From: Flavobacteriales bacterium
Lineage (GTDB): Bacteria; Bacteroidota; Bacteroidia; Flavobacteriales_D; Crocinitomicaceae
Assembly: GCA_947453715.1 (NCBI GenBank)
Contig: CANGHX010000001.1
Coordinates: 1-60,567, forward strand
Length of the DNA: 60,567 nt
Direction: 5' to 3'
Shown: positions 47,201 through 55,230 of the stretch, piece after piece
How positions within the stretch are numbered: position 1 is the stretch's first letter
Layout of the letters: the number at the start of each line of letters is the position of its first letter
The notes under the pieces: generated by a model
What the model saw: only the letters and a program-made list of their open reading frames with translations
Databases searched by the model: none
Told to the model about the DNA's origin: nothing
Translations under genes and position numbers: made by a program

Positions 47201-47993
47201 AAACATTTGTATCACCTAAACAGATTGTTGAACTTGCAGCGCTGGTTCCGGTAAAATCTGGTTGAGATGGGACCTGAACATTAATATTAATATCGTTTGT
47301 TGATACACAACCGTTGACATCAGTAACTACTAAATCAACATTGTAGATTCCCGGTGTTGTAAAATTATTTGAAACTGTTTGCCCTGTAGCTGTATTACCA
47401 TCTCCAAAGTTCCATTCAAATGTAGAAGTTGCATTTGATTGAGCATAATGGATATTATTTTGAGGATAAATTCCGATACCATTGTAAGTAATATTCGACC
47501 CTTGGCATACATTAACAATACCATCTGCATCAACAGGTCCTGTTGTTACGTCTGCTATAACAGTTTGACAAGGCAATCCACAAGCGATAGAAGCTAACCA
47601 ACCAGGTGCATTTCCTGAAGCATCTGAAGTAAAAACAAATGTCAAACAACCTGAAGCATTATTTCCTTGAACATATCCAGGACCAACCGCACCAGTATAA
47701 GTACCGATTAGAGGAGCAGCTGTCGTACTTCCGTTGTAAACTTTTAAAAAGTCGTGATTTAATTCTAGATCAAATGATGAAAAATCAATTTGAACGTGTG
47801 ATCCTGGAACTGAAGAACAAAGGGTAAATGTTTGATTTAAATTATCAGCATAATTACCTGCTCCACCTTGATCAGCAAAAGTCCCACTACAGCCCGATGA
47901 TGAGCCACTATTACCCATTACCACTTGTTCATATGAGATAAAAGGAACAAATAGTATAAGTATTACAATAATATTTAGCAAGAATTGTCGCAC
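41298..47993 (-). CDS. giant T9SS type-B (CHU_C/gliding-associated CTD) cell-surface adhesin-like protein, 2231 aa
   Basis: GTG start with a signal peptide. Domains in order: CUB-like (about 47580-47891), PKD (about 47274-47441), proprotein-convertase P-domain-like (about 46662-47141; LEHSNLGNLELKLICPNGQ, GNWTIQVND..W.LNF), 15 tandem ~70-aa Ig/PKD-like modules, and 2 PKD domains. The C-terminus is FIPNTFTPDGDEINQTF...GHVNVLK. Confidence 0.9.
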   Translation of the reverse strand: MRQFLLNIIVILILFVPFISYEQVVMGNSGSSSGCSGTFADQGGAGNYADNLNQTFTLCSSVPGSHVQIDFSSFDLELNHDFLKVYNGSTTAAPLIGTYTGAVGPGYVQGNNASGCLTFVFTSDASGNAPGWLASIACGLPCQTVIADVTTGPVDADGIVNVCQGSNITYNGIGIYPQNNIHYAQSNATSTFEWNFGDGNTATGQTVSNNFTTPGIYNVDLVVTDVNGCVSTNDININVQVPSQPDFTGTSAASSTICLGDTNVLTGMVEPVEIDLIIPPVVGQHAIPDANGILNIGNTISAFNVGQTVTNANNLQSVCIDLEHSNLGNLELKLICPNGQSVILKSFASGGNGIYLGNPIANAPGLGSGFEYCFSMTGATSLVGGPTVLSGTPLSNSIATGAYLPSGNFSSLIGCPLNGNWTIQVNDNTATNDGNTFQWALNFDPVIFPGGSQFIPNITNSSWASDPSIISNSGDQIVVSPTSAGTSCYNYQATDEFGCPYTEQVCFTVLAPGQGGCPQCTITNFTAVSTIAQCSDQYTTTGVIEFTDAPHSGNLIVKDCQGNQIIVDSHPFNSPVNYSLFGTNADGQPCSIQVYFSNDTTCKQTISFTLPVAFPGDQAGTVTPSMSGHSTHTYILCDTDSFSSTSNNNFSIPLIAPNVDPGLGYFVYSCPPTVSGVGVDPTTDPCYVTSLTTKDITLINNGGSSNAFLSSLGLLTNNTFYIVPMTFLSVSNQVINSTCYDLELAQAMTVQYLNPITPTISQDCYLGTAAITLNGGYPQFYGGNYTASNLLPLTATFTNTTTALGGTIGIQGLQNGQNWSFTVTDGNGCPQTVSGTFIGPQDASFSYSQPGYCLTAANQFPTITGITGGVFSSTAGLIINSSTGEIDISHSTPGNYNIIYTSPAPTCFGKDTFNITITPLPVVSAGPDQTVCEGTSVVLFGSGAVTYTWDHGISDSVSFVPSIGSTTYTVTGTNLFGCSASDNVTVNVTAAPVVDAGIDQAFCIGNSTTVNASNVTGLTFSWNNGVADGVPFTPAVGGIYYVLTGVDLGTGCSGKDSVLITVSPLPNVNAGPDKGVCVNNTLTLSATGASTYVWNGGISDGVPFTPTVDTTYTVIGTSAQGCVNVDSVHVTMFSHSVLAAGPDTTICSGNLAVLNAYNGNIYNWDNGLGVGNPLNVSPSVTTTYVVSGLDTNACFGTDTMIIFVNALPIVNAGPNQAICIGSSTVLTATGAISYVWNNGITNGVSCTPSLGFNNYSVTGTDANGCFASDNVSILVNPLPIINAGTDQTVCFGTNVTLSASGAPSLTWDNGVLNNVSFLPSTTVTYTVIGVDLNGCQNTDQLIVNVNQLPIVNAGPDQTVCLGTQISLTGLGSVTYGWNNGASNGVLFTPALGTITYTLTGTDVNGCQNTDQTIVTVNPNPSPILTGATEYCFGFTSLISTTQAYSTYSWSNGSTSSSINATIANNPISVIVTNAFGCSATTAGLILIENPIIVNNYTVEICQGQTSLIHGINQSVAGVYSQTFPAVTGCDSTANVTLIVHALPIVDGGNDIIVCTPNLITLSANGALSYVWDHGAVNGIPFNQAVGQLTYTVVGTDVNGCQNSDQVHVTVNPLPNLNAGNNASLCFGDSITLTATGAINYIWDFGVQNGVAFSPMVTNTYTVLGTDINGCSITDQVIVTVNPLPIIDGGIVTPVCQGVQVTLNATGALTYTWDQGVLNGVPFTAPIGTTSYAVIGTDINGCQNADQATVTVYPLPVVQAGPDQFFCFGQSVMLNGSGASTYSWNNGVTNGVPFIPNAGVNTYTVTGTSVNNCVNSDQVVITVFPNPIVNAGSDLEICIGDFVSLSGSGAQSYSWDNSVINGLSFAPSLGTVTYTVVGTDANGCQDSDQVLVTVNPLPIVNAGLDTLICPGSTIVLSATGASTYSWNGNIVNGVPFVPIQSATYTVVGIDANGCQASDQVSVELELIPNVTFSPNITFGCSPVTVTFTNETQNLSGCNWDFGDGTQYSGCGPVTHTYTNDLGNKCFDVILTGTTANNCVTSKTNYDLVCVEALPIAAFNSSQISMPNSNTTCEFTNTSVGAFNYTWTFGDGGNSIETSPIHTYPNNEYVDYLITLIAYSPSGCTDTANLKVNVVEQLLYFIPNTFTPDGDEINQTFLPIFSSGIDIYEFTLLIFDRWGELIFESHDPSKGWNGRYGVDGVLVQDDTYVWKVLFKEKNSQQRHVDVGHVNVLK
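42113..45239 (-). repeat. 15 tandem, diverged coding repeats of ~210 bp (~70 aa) inside the 2231-aa gene
   Basis: The repeating unit is PLPxVNAGPDQxxCxGxxxxLxAxGAxxYxWxxGxxNGVxFxPxxxxxTYTVxGTDxNGCxxxDQVxVTVN. Units 8 and 9 are divergent. Confidence 0.85.
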
Positions 47994-48052
47994 TTGTTTT
48001 CGTAAATAGTGTTAATAGCACAACGTTAATATAATTAAATCGTTGCTTAAAA

Positions 48053-48060
48053 CAAAAGTA
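48053..48060 (-). promoter_or_regulatory. -7 box TACTTTTG upstream of the 2231-aa gene
   Basis: Exact TAnnTTTG match on the minus strand, about 59 nt upstream of the GTG start and just downstream of the terminator of the preceding gene. Confidence 0.4.
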
Positions 48061-48112
48061 AGATAATTTATCTTTTTACGATCTAAGTATTTCTACCTAA
48101 AGTGTTTTTTAT

Positions 48113-48147
48113 AAAAAAAGCTGTCTAAGAAAAATCGAAGACAGCTT
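48113..48147 (-). terminator. rho-independent terminator of the 1260-aa gene
   Basis: AAGCTGTCT / AGACAGCTT stem. The plus-strand A7 run gives a T run on the minus strand. Confidence 0.75.
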
Positions 48148-48173
48148 ACTAGAAATAAAGAGATACAAATGTT

Positions 48174-51100
48174 CTACTTTAAAACATTTACGTGACCAAC
48201 CACGACATTTTTCTTTTTATCGTTTTTATGCTTATAAATAATTTTCCAAGTATATGTATCATCTTGTACTTGAGTCCCATCTGTTCCAAAAGTTCCTTTC
48301 CACCCTACTTTTGGATCGTGTGATTCAAAAATTAATTCTCCCCAGCGATTGAAAATATACAAAGTATAATCTGACGGATCAAAACCTGATGAAAAAATCG
48401 GTAAGAAAACCTCATTAAAATCATCACCATCCGGTGTAAATGTGTTCGGCACGTAATAGATTACTTCTTCAAAAATGTGAACAGGTACAAAAGCAGTATC
48501 AGTACATCCCGATTGAGAATATGCTACTAACGTAATTAAATAATCGGCCTCTTCTGTTCCCGGAAAATTATGTGATGGGCTTGTTTCTGTTGAGCCTCCG
48601 CCATCTCCAAAATTCCATGAATATGCTACTGCGCCCACCGATTGATTATACATAGCACTTAAAGTTGAATAGTTTGGCATAACTGTGGGTGAAGGAAGAA
48701 AGTCTGCAATTGGCCTAGCTTCAACACATATTAAACTTGGAATTGTAAGAGTACTTGAACATCCTTCAGGTGTTGAAGTTGTTAATGTTACATCAAAACA
48801 ACCTGCTGAATTAAATGTATGCTGCACTGTTGAACAGCCATTCAATGTTGTCCCATCACTTATAGTCCAAACACAATTTGTAGCTCCACCCGTTGTGGTA
48901 TTTGTAAACATTACATTTAATGGTGCACATCCAAAAGTATCACTTGGAAAAAATGAAACTACAGGTAATGGAATTACAGTGATAGTTACATTATCGGTTG
49001 CGATACAACCTGCAGCTGAAGTACCAATTACTGTATAAGTATCAGTACCAGTTGGAGTAAATGGAACTCCATTAACAACATTTTTATCCCAAACATATGT
49101 CGATGCACCTGTTGCTGTTAAAGTGACAGAGCTACCAATACAAACTGAATGAGAAACTCCAGCATCAACATTTGGAATAGGGTTTACTGTTATTGTTCCT
49201 GTCCCTGAAGCTGAACATCCATTTAATGTATATGTTACTGTATAAGGTGTAGTATTCGCTGGAGACATGGAAATAGTAGATGCAGTTGTAGAACTTGGAT
49301 TCCATAAATAAGTTCCACCTGAAGGTGATGGTGTTGCTGTCAATGTTGCTGGAGGATCACCTGCACAAATGGCTTGATTATCAACTGTCACTGTTGGAAC
49401 TGGATTAACTGTCACTGAACCTGTACCAGTGTTTTGACATCCATTTAACGTATAGGTCACAGTATAAGGGGTTGTTGAAGATGGAGTAACTGAAATTGTT
49501 GCAGTTGCAGTACTTGCAGGAGACCAAGAATAAGTTCCTCCTGTTAAATTTGGTGTTGCTACTAAACTTGCTGCTGTTCCGTTACAAACGGTTGGTGAGT
49601 TAACTGTTACAGTTGGAACTGGATTAACAGTTACAGTTGAAGTTACAGTTCCAACACATCCTGCAGTTGTTCCAGTAACAGAGTAAGTAGTAGTTACTGA
49701 TGGAGAAACAGTAATAGAAGCGGTTGTTTCACCTGATGCCCAAGAATATGTAGTTGCACCACTTGCATTAATTACTGCTGTTCCACCGTTACAAATTGTT
49801 GTGTCATTAACTGTCAAATTTAATGACCCATTAATTGAAACATTGGAAGTAGCTGAATTTGAACAACCTTGAGCACTTGTTCCAGTAACAGTATAAGAAG
49901 TTGGTACCATAGGTGAAACAGTAATAGATGCACCTGTTTGAGAAGGAGTAGTTGACCAAGTGTATGAGGTACCCCCAGTAGCAGTTAAAGTAACAGCTAT
50001 TCCAGCACAAGTTGAAGGTGAATTGACAGAAATTGTTGGAAGAGCATTCACAGTAACCAAAATGGACGATCTAGGACCTTCACATCCAGTCGCAGTATTC
50101 GTTTGAGATACGTAATATGTTGTTGTCGTAGCTGTTGCTGTAGAAACTGTTGGAGCTGTCGCAGAAGCTGTTCCACCAGTTGAATTTGTTCCATACCAAT
50201 TTAATGTGCAGCCCGCTGAGGCTGTAACAGATGCTGTTAAACTATTTGGGGTCTGATTCTGACAATAAGTAACCGGTGTAGTTGGGGGAGCAATCGGTAA
50301 TGGATTCACATGAATTGTTGCTAACGCAGTATCTGTACATCCGTCTAGACTGGTATACGTTGCAGTGTAAGAAGTCGTAGTTGCAGGTGATAATGAAAAA
50401 GTTGAAGCTGATCCAGCACCATTTGTCCAAGAATAAGACCCGCCTGTTGGTGTCGCTGTTGTAGTAACAGTACCAGCAATACCTTGGCATACTGTAGGAG
50501 ATGTTGCTGTAGCTACTGGTTTAGCATAGACAACAACTGGAAATGTTAAAGTAGTACTACATCCAGTTACAGAAGTGATTACACATTGATATGTCGTGTT
50601 TACTAAAGGAGACGCTGTATAAGATTGATTAGTACCTAAAACAGTTGAGTTACCAACAACTGTCCACGAATAAGAGACTCCTCCAATTGGCGAGGTTAAT
50701 GTCGTACTTTGTCCAGGACAAACATGATCTACTCCTATAATTGCCATTGGCGCACACGTTGCATCAACATATGCATAACAGTAATGAGCTCCCAATGAAC
50801 AATCTGCAACAGTATATTTTACAGAAACACATGTACCAATATAAGGAGTTAAATCTATGAAAACAGATGTCCAATTTTTATAATACATACTCGATGTACC
50901 AATTTGAGTAAAACCTGGAATACCAGCTCCACCAACAACAAGATAAGTTCCACATGTTATTGAGTTTCCATTACAATCATACAAATCAACTTTAAAATAA
51001 GGTTGTTGATTAGATGGATGACGACTTACAGAATCGCCTGTATTTGTATAATTTTGATAGTAAACAGGTGCTCCTAATGCATCTAAACTATCAGTTCCAT

Positions 51101-51956
51101 CAGCAGCTAAAATAGGCACTGGATTTGTTGCATCAGTAATCACTACAGCATAATGATATGTAAATAAAGCATTTGATGAAGCAACTGAAAATTTCTGCTC
51201 TAATGAAGCTCCACCAATTCCACCTTGCGCACCATCACCAAGTCTAACAGAATTAGGCCCTTGACCAGGACATACCATTGGAAAACCAGCAAATGGATCA
51301 TTTCCTGCTGATGTAATTGTTGTTTGAGATGAAGTTGTATTATATGTTGTTGGTGTAAAACTTGGAATAGGTGCATTTGCTGCTCCAGTTTTTACAGAGT
51401 AACCATAACTACCTTGCCACCCTGTAAAATTACCATTGTCAAATCCAATATTTGTACAAGCAGGTTGCGTAGTTAATGGACCAGGCGGATTATTAACAGT
51501 TAAAGTATAGGCAAATCCATTTGGAGTTGGCCAATTATCGATCATAATGTAATAACATTGTCCAGATACAGGAGTAAATGATGTCCCTAAAGACCCAACA
51601 ACAGTTCCTGAAGTAACATTACTTGAAACTAACGTGCCCACCCCAGGAGCTCCACCATGCCAAACTGAAATTGATGGATAAATACCCGCAGAAGTAACAG
51701 GGAAATCTAAATTTATATTAATAACATTAGTCGAAGTTGCACAAAAATAATACAACCAATCAGGTCCAGTAGTTGAACCATCAACAAAACCATTTGGTAA
51801 GTTATAATTATCGACACGACCTACAGTTGTTCCTGTAGCTGAAAAAGGCAAAGTTATTGGAGATGACGCAGCTGAAGCAGCATTATCTCCTCCTTGAGCA
51901 AAAATTTGATTTGAAGACAAACAAATCAATGTAATAAGTAAAATAATTCTTTTCAT
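48174..51956 (-). CDS. T9SS type-B CTD cell-surface adhesin-like protein, 1260 aa
   Basis: Signal peptide and a PPC-like N-terminal domain. About 9 Thr/Ser-rich Ig-like modules span about 48975-50540, followed by 2 PKD domains. The C-terminus is YVPNTFTPDGDDFNEVF...GHVNVLK. Confidence 0.9.
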   Translation of the reverse strand: MKRIILLITLICLSSNQIFAQGGDNAASAASSPITLPFSATGTTVGRVDNYNLPNGFVDGSTTGPDWLYYFCATSTNVININLDFPVTSAGIYPSISVWHGGAPGVGTLVSSNVTSGTVVGSLGTSFTPVSGQCYYIMIDNWPTPNGFAYTLTVNNPPGPLTTQPACTNIGFDNGNFTGWQGSYGYSVKTGAANAPIPSFTPTTYNTTSSQTTITSAGNDPFAGFPMVCPGQGPNSVRLGDGAQGGIGGASLEQKFSVASSNALFTYHYAVVITDATNPVPILAADGTDSLDALGAPVYYQNYTNTGDSVSRHPSNQQPYFKVDLYDCNGNSITCGTYLVVGGAGIPGFTQIGTSSMYYKNWTSVFIDLTPYIGTCVSVKYTVADCSLGAHYCYAYVDATCAPMAIIGVDHVCPGQSTTLTSPIGGVSYSWTVVGNSTVLGTNQSYTASPLVNTTYQCVITSVTGCSTTLTFPVVVYAKPVATATSPTVCQGIAGTVTTTATPTGGSYSWTNGAGSASTFSLSPATTTSYTATYTSLDGCTDTALATIHVNPLPIAPPTTPVTYCQNQTPNSLTASVTASAGCTLNWYGTNSTGGTASATAPTVSTATATTTTYYVSQTNTATGCEGPRSSILVTVNALPTISVNSPSTCAGIAVTLTATGGTSYTWSTTPSQTGASITVSPMVPTSYTVTGTSAQGCSNSATSNVSINGSLNLTVNDTTICNGGTAVINASGATTYSWASGETTASITVSPSVTTTYSVTGTTAGCVGTVTSTVTVNPVPTVTVNSPTVCNGTAASLVATPNLTGGTYSWSPASTATATISVTPSSTTPYTVTYTLNGCQNTGTGSVTVNPVPTVTVDNQAICAGDPPATLTATPSPSGGTYLWNPSSTTASTISMSPANTTPYTVTYTLNGCSASGTGTITVNPIPNVDAGVSHSVCIGSSVTLTATGASTYVWDKNVVNGVPFTPTGTDTYTVIGTSAAGCIATDNVTITVIPLPVVSFFPSDTFGCAPLNVMFTNTTTGGATNCVWTISDGTTLNGCSTVQHTFNSAGCFDVTLTTSTPEGCSSTLTIPSLICVEARPIADFLPSPTVMPNYSTLSAMYNQSVGAVAYSWNFGDGGGSTETSPSHNFPGTEEADYLITLVAYSQSGCTDTAFVPVHIFEEVIYYVPNTFTPDGDDFNEVFLPIFSSGFDPSDYTLYIFNRWGELIFESHDPKVGWKGTFGTDGTQVQDDTYTWKIIYKHKNDKKKNVVVGHVNVLK

Positions 51957-51974
51957 TTTCTAAAATTCTTTATA

Positions 51975-52289
51975 TTAATTATTACCTTCTAAAAACTGAT
52001 GCTCAACAGATTCCATAAATTCATTCATCTTAGAATTATCAAATCTCTCATCAATTGTAAGAGTTGCTTTTTTTATAAGTATATTAATATCACAAGTAAA
52101 AATTCCTTTACGATTTAATATATATGAAGTTATTTCTTGTGCTTTTTCTTGAGTTAAATTCCCATGAAAAGTAAAACTATACGTTTTTGATTCAACTTGT
52201 TGATGAGATCTATGAGAATTGATTGCAATGTCTATTGTTGAAAATGATAACACAATAAAAGACAATAAAAGTGTAATTACTTTAATCAT
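51975..52289 (-). CDS. small secreted/membrane-anchored hypothetical protein, 104 aa, ferredoxin-like (HMA-like without CxxC)
   Basis: An N-terminal hydrophobic segment, then TFHGNLTQEKAQEITSYILNRKGIFTCDINILIKKATLTIDE. This resembles a heavy-metal-associated beta-alpha-beta-beta-alpha-beta fold lacking metal-binding Cys. It lies 18 nt upstream of the 1260-aa gene. Confidence 0.5.
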   Translation of the reverse strand: MIKVITLLLSFIVLSFSTIDIAINSHRSHQQVESKTYSFTFHGNLTQEKAQEITSYILNRKGIFTCDINILIKKATLTIDERFDNSKMNEFMESVEHQFLEGNN

Positions 52290-52517
52290 TTTATTGAATT
52301 ATTAGAATTAGAAATGCTATAATGATTATTTTTTATTCGGGTAACTTCAAAATTATCCCAATACTGGAGAGTAGTTTTCATAGTTTATTCGTTTAAAGTT
52401 TAGTTTTATGACGTAAACTTATAAAAAGGGTTGCTTATTTACAAATAAAAAATAACCTTTTACTCGATAAAAGTTAAAATATAAAAACTGAGAAGCATGT
52501 TTTAGTCATTTTGGTAA

Positions 52518-53426
52518 CTAGTTACCAATCCAAGAATGACCTTTTTTTAGAAGATTTAAAGTCTGTTTTTCTTTTGAATTTTCTTCTGGTTGAAAATTAT
52601 ATTCCCAAGAAGCATTTGCTGGCAAACTCATCAAAATCGATTCAGTTCTACCGTTTGAGACTAATCCAAATTTTGTACCTCGGTCATTTACCAAATTAAA
52701 TTCAACATATCTACCTCTTCTCAGGTTTCTCCATTGAATTTCATTCTCTGTGAAAGGAAGATTTTTTCCTAATTCAACTTGTTGGTTATATAAAATCGGA
52801 AAATTTTGACCTAATTCTATACAAAAATTAAAAATTTCTTCTTTTGACAGATTTGCATCTTCGATTGTTAAGTGATCAAAAAATATTCCGCCAATTCCTC
52901 TTGTTTCATTTCTATGAGGAATAAAGAAATAATCATCTGCCCAATTTTTAAATTTTGGATAAAAATTTACATTGTATTTATCACAAATAGCTTTTAACCC
53001 TTCATGAAATAACTTTGCTTGAGATTCAACAATAAAATGAGGAGTTAAATCGATTCCTCCTCCAAACCAAAATGTCCCATCATTTAATTCAAAATAACGA
53101 ACATTCATATGGATAATCGGAATATGAGGATTATGAGGATGCAATACTATTGAGACACCTGTAGCAAAGAACTCTGTTCCTCCGATATTCATTTGCTTCT
53201 GCATCATTTCTGTAACAGGTCCGTGGACTGCAGAAAATGCTACACCACCTTTTTCAATAACACCTCCATTTTGAATGATTTTAGTGACACCTCCGCCACC
53301 TTCAGCTCTTGACCATTCATCATTGTTAAATAAAGAAACGCCGTCTATTTGTTCTAACCTATCACAAATATATTTTTGCAGAGAATTCATTCCTTCTGCA
53401 ATTGCTTCCTTATTCAAATGATTCAT
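52518..53426 (-). CDS. hemF: oxygen-dependent coproporphyrinogen III oxidase
   Basis: GGGVT, HPHNPH, GGGIDLTP and RRGRYVEFNL motifs; 302 aa. Confidence 0.95.
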   Translation of the reverse strand: MNHLNKEAIAEGMNSLQKYICDRLEQIDGVSLFNNDEWSRAEGGGGVTKIIQNGGVIEKGGVAFSAVHGPVTEMMQKQMNIGGTEFFATGVSIVLHPHNPHIPIIHMNVRYFELNDGTFWFGGGIDLTPHFIVESQAKLFHEGLKAICDKYNVNFYPKFKNWADDYFFIPHRNETRGIGGIFFDHLTIEDANLSKEEIFNFCIELGQNFPILYNQQVELGKNLPFTENEIQWRNLRRGRYVEFNLVNDRGTKFGLVSNGRTESILMSLPANASWEYNFQPEENSKEKQTLNLLKKGHSWIGN

Positions 53427-55185
53427 AAATCTTAATTATTTCGAAATCTTGTTGTTTCAAAATGTAAACATTTCCATTTTCGAAACCATTACCATTTCCT
53501 TTTTGAAACATCTCAAAATTAGTCATTAACCCTTCAGACATTTCTTTACCTAAAAGGTATTTAGACATAAAGAAAAACGCTACATCAAATCCTTGAACTG
53601 CCATTTTAGACATATCCGAATTGTAATTTTTTCTGTAAATCTTCATGACTTCTTTAATCGTTTCGTAAGAATAATTAAAGTCGTTTGGTGAAGCAAACTG
53701 GAAATTATATTTGTTTTTATATTCTCCACTTATTTCATCAAAATTTACCCATTCCTTCGTTCCTAAAACAGAGATAACTCCATTAAAATTCATTGTACAT
53801 GAATTTAATGTATTGATAAATTTCAATGCTGTTGATTTATCGTTTGTAGGAACTACAAAATAAGTATTCACTCCTTTTTTTACATACGCTTTGACATCTG
53901 TAACACTGATTTCAATCAACTTTGGTCGCATTCCTTTTGAAGGTAAATTCAAAAAAGATTGTCTAAAACTTTCATATAATAATTGATCTTTTGAATTTGT
54001 TGGCTTCACTAATACCAATTGATCTTTTAAATTAAGTGACAAAAGATATTTTGCTGCTCCTTCCATTAAGGTCATATCTGATGGAACAGAAGAATAAACA
54101 AATTGATTATTCTTTAGAATAGAAGCATTTGAAGCAACAGGACAAACAAAACGTACTTTATTTTTCTTACACCAATCAGCGACAAGTCCCATTTTATCAG
54201 GAAATAATGGTCCAATAACCATATCCATCGAAGCAAATTCTTTTTTATTCAAAATTGATTTTACTGAAGCGGAATCATTTTTAGAGTCAAACACATAAAG
54301 CTTCGCTTTCAAGCCCAAATGCTCCAAAGAATCCATAGCTATCTTTGCTCCCATATAAAACTCAGTAGCATAATCTGACACAGCCTTGTTTGCTCCTTCA
54401 GGTTTATCTAAATAAAATGGTAACAATAAAGCAATAGCGTACTCATCTTTCTTTTTAAATAATAGAGTGGAATCAACTTTTCTTGTTTCAATTGGTTTAA
54501 TCTCCCTTACTTCTACTTGCTGAAATTTTTCATTTCGAATAGGAATTTTGATAACATCCCCATTTTTAATTTTGGTATTCTTTAAACCATTTAGTTTTTG
54601 AATATCAGCAACAGGAACCATAAAACGTTTAGAAATACTGTACATTGTTTCGTGCTCTAGCACTACATGTTCTATAATTGTGTCAGAAAAAACAACATTT
54701 AACTCCTTACCTGTACTTGTCTTAACGTTTGTATTTGTAGGTAAGTTCTCAACAGCATGATCTGATTCAGGAATAGTCAATACTTGACCAACTTTTACTC
54801 CATTTTCAGTACCTGGATTAGCCTCTACCAATTCATCTAATGTAACACCAAACTTTTTCGATATACCAAACAATGTTTCTTGAGGTAGAACAGTATAGGT
54901 TTTGGTTTCACCTTTAATTTCACTTGGTTTAACAGCTGAAACAGCAATAGGAATCAATAATTTTTGACCTTCTTTTACTCCATTCTCAACACCTGGATTA
55001 GAACTTACGATATCTTCAACTGGAACATTGTAAATCGAATGAATCCCCCAAAGTGTATTTCCAGCTTGAACAAAATGAACATAATATTTTTTACCATCTT
55101 TCACTTCTACTTCAGCATCTTTAGGTTGCGCAAAAAGCGACATAGCTGAACATAAAAAGAACAGTATTAAACTATATTTTATCAT
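53410..55185 (-). CDS. secreted protein with three LysM domains fused to a type-1 periplasmic-binding-protein-like domain
   Basis: Signal peptide, then three LysM units (YVHFVQAGNTLWGI.., YTVLPQETLFGI.., HVVLEHETMYSI..). The C-terminal ~350 aa have a PBP1/Leu-Ile-Val-binding-like pattern. It overlaps hemF by 17 nt. Confidence 0.7.
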   Translation of the reverse strand: MIKYSLILFFLCSAMSLFAQPKDAEVEVKDGKKYYVHFVQAGNTLWGIHSIYNVPVEDIVSSNPGVENGVKEGQKLLIPIAVSAVKPSEIKGETKTYTVLPQETLFGISKKFGVTLDELVEANPGTENGVKVGQVLTIPESDHAVENLPTNTNVKTSTGKELNVVFSDTIIEHVVLEHETMYSISKRFMVPVADIQKLNGLKNTKIKNGDVIKIPIRNEKFQQVEVREIKPIETRKVDSTLLFKKKDEYAIALLLPFYLDKPEGANKAVSDYATEFYMGAKIAMDSLEHLGLKAKLYVFDSKNDSASVKSILNKKEFASMDMVIGPLFPDKMGLVADWCKKNKVRFVCPVASNASILKNNQFVYSSVPSDMTLMEGAAKYLLSLNLKDQLVLVKPTNSKDQLLYESFRQSFLNLPSKGMRPKLIEISVTDVKAYVKKGVNTYFVVPTNDKSTALKFINTLNSCTMNFNGVISVLGTKEWVNFDEISGEYKNKYNFQFASPNDFNYSYETIKEVMKIYRKNYNSDMSKMAVQGFDVAFFFMSKYLLGKEMSEGLMTNFEMFQKGNGNGFENGNVYILKQQDFEIIKIYESFE

Positions 55186-55230
55186 TATTTGTTGTTTATT
55201 TTAAGAATGTTAATCAAGAATTAAGCCTTT

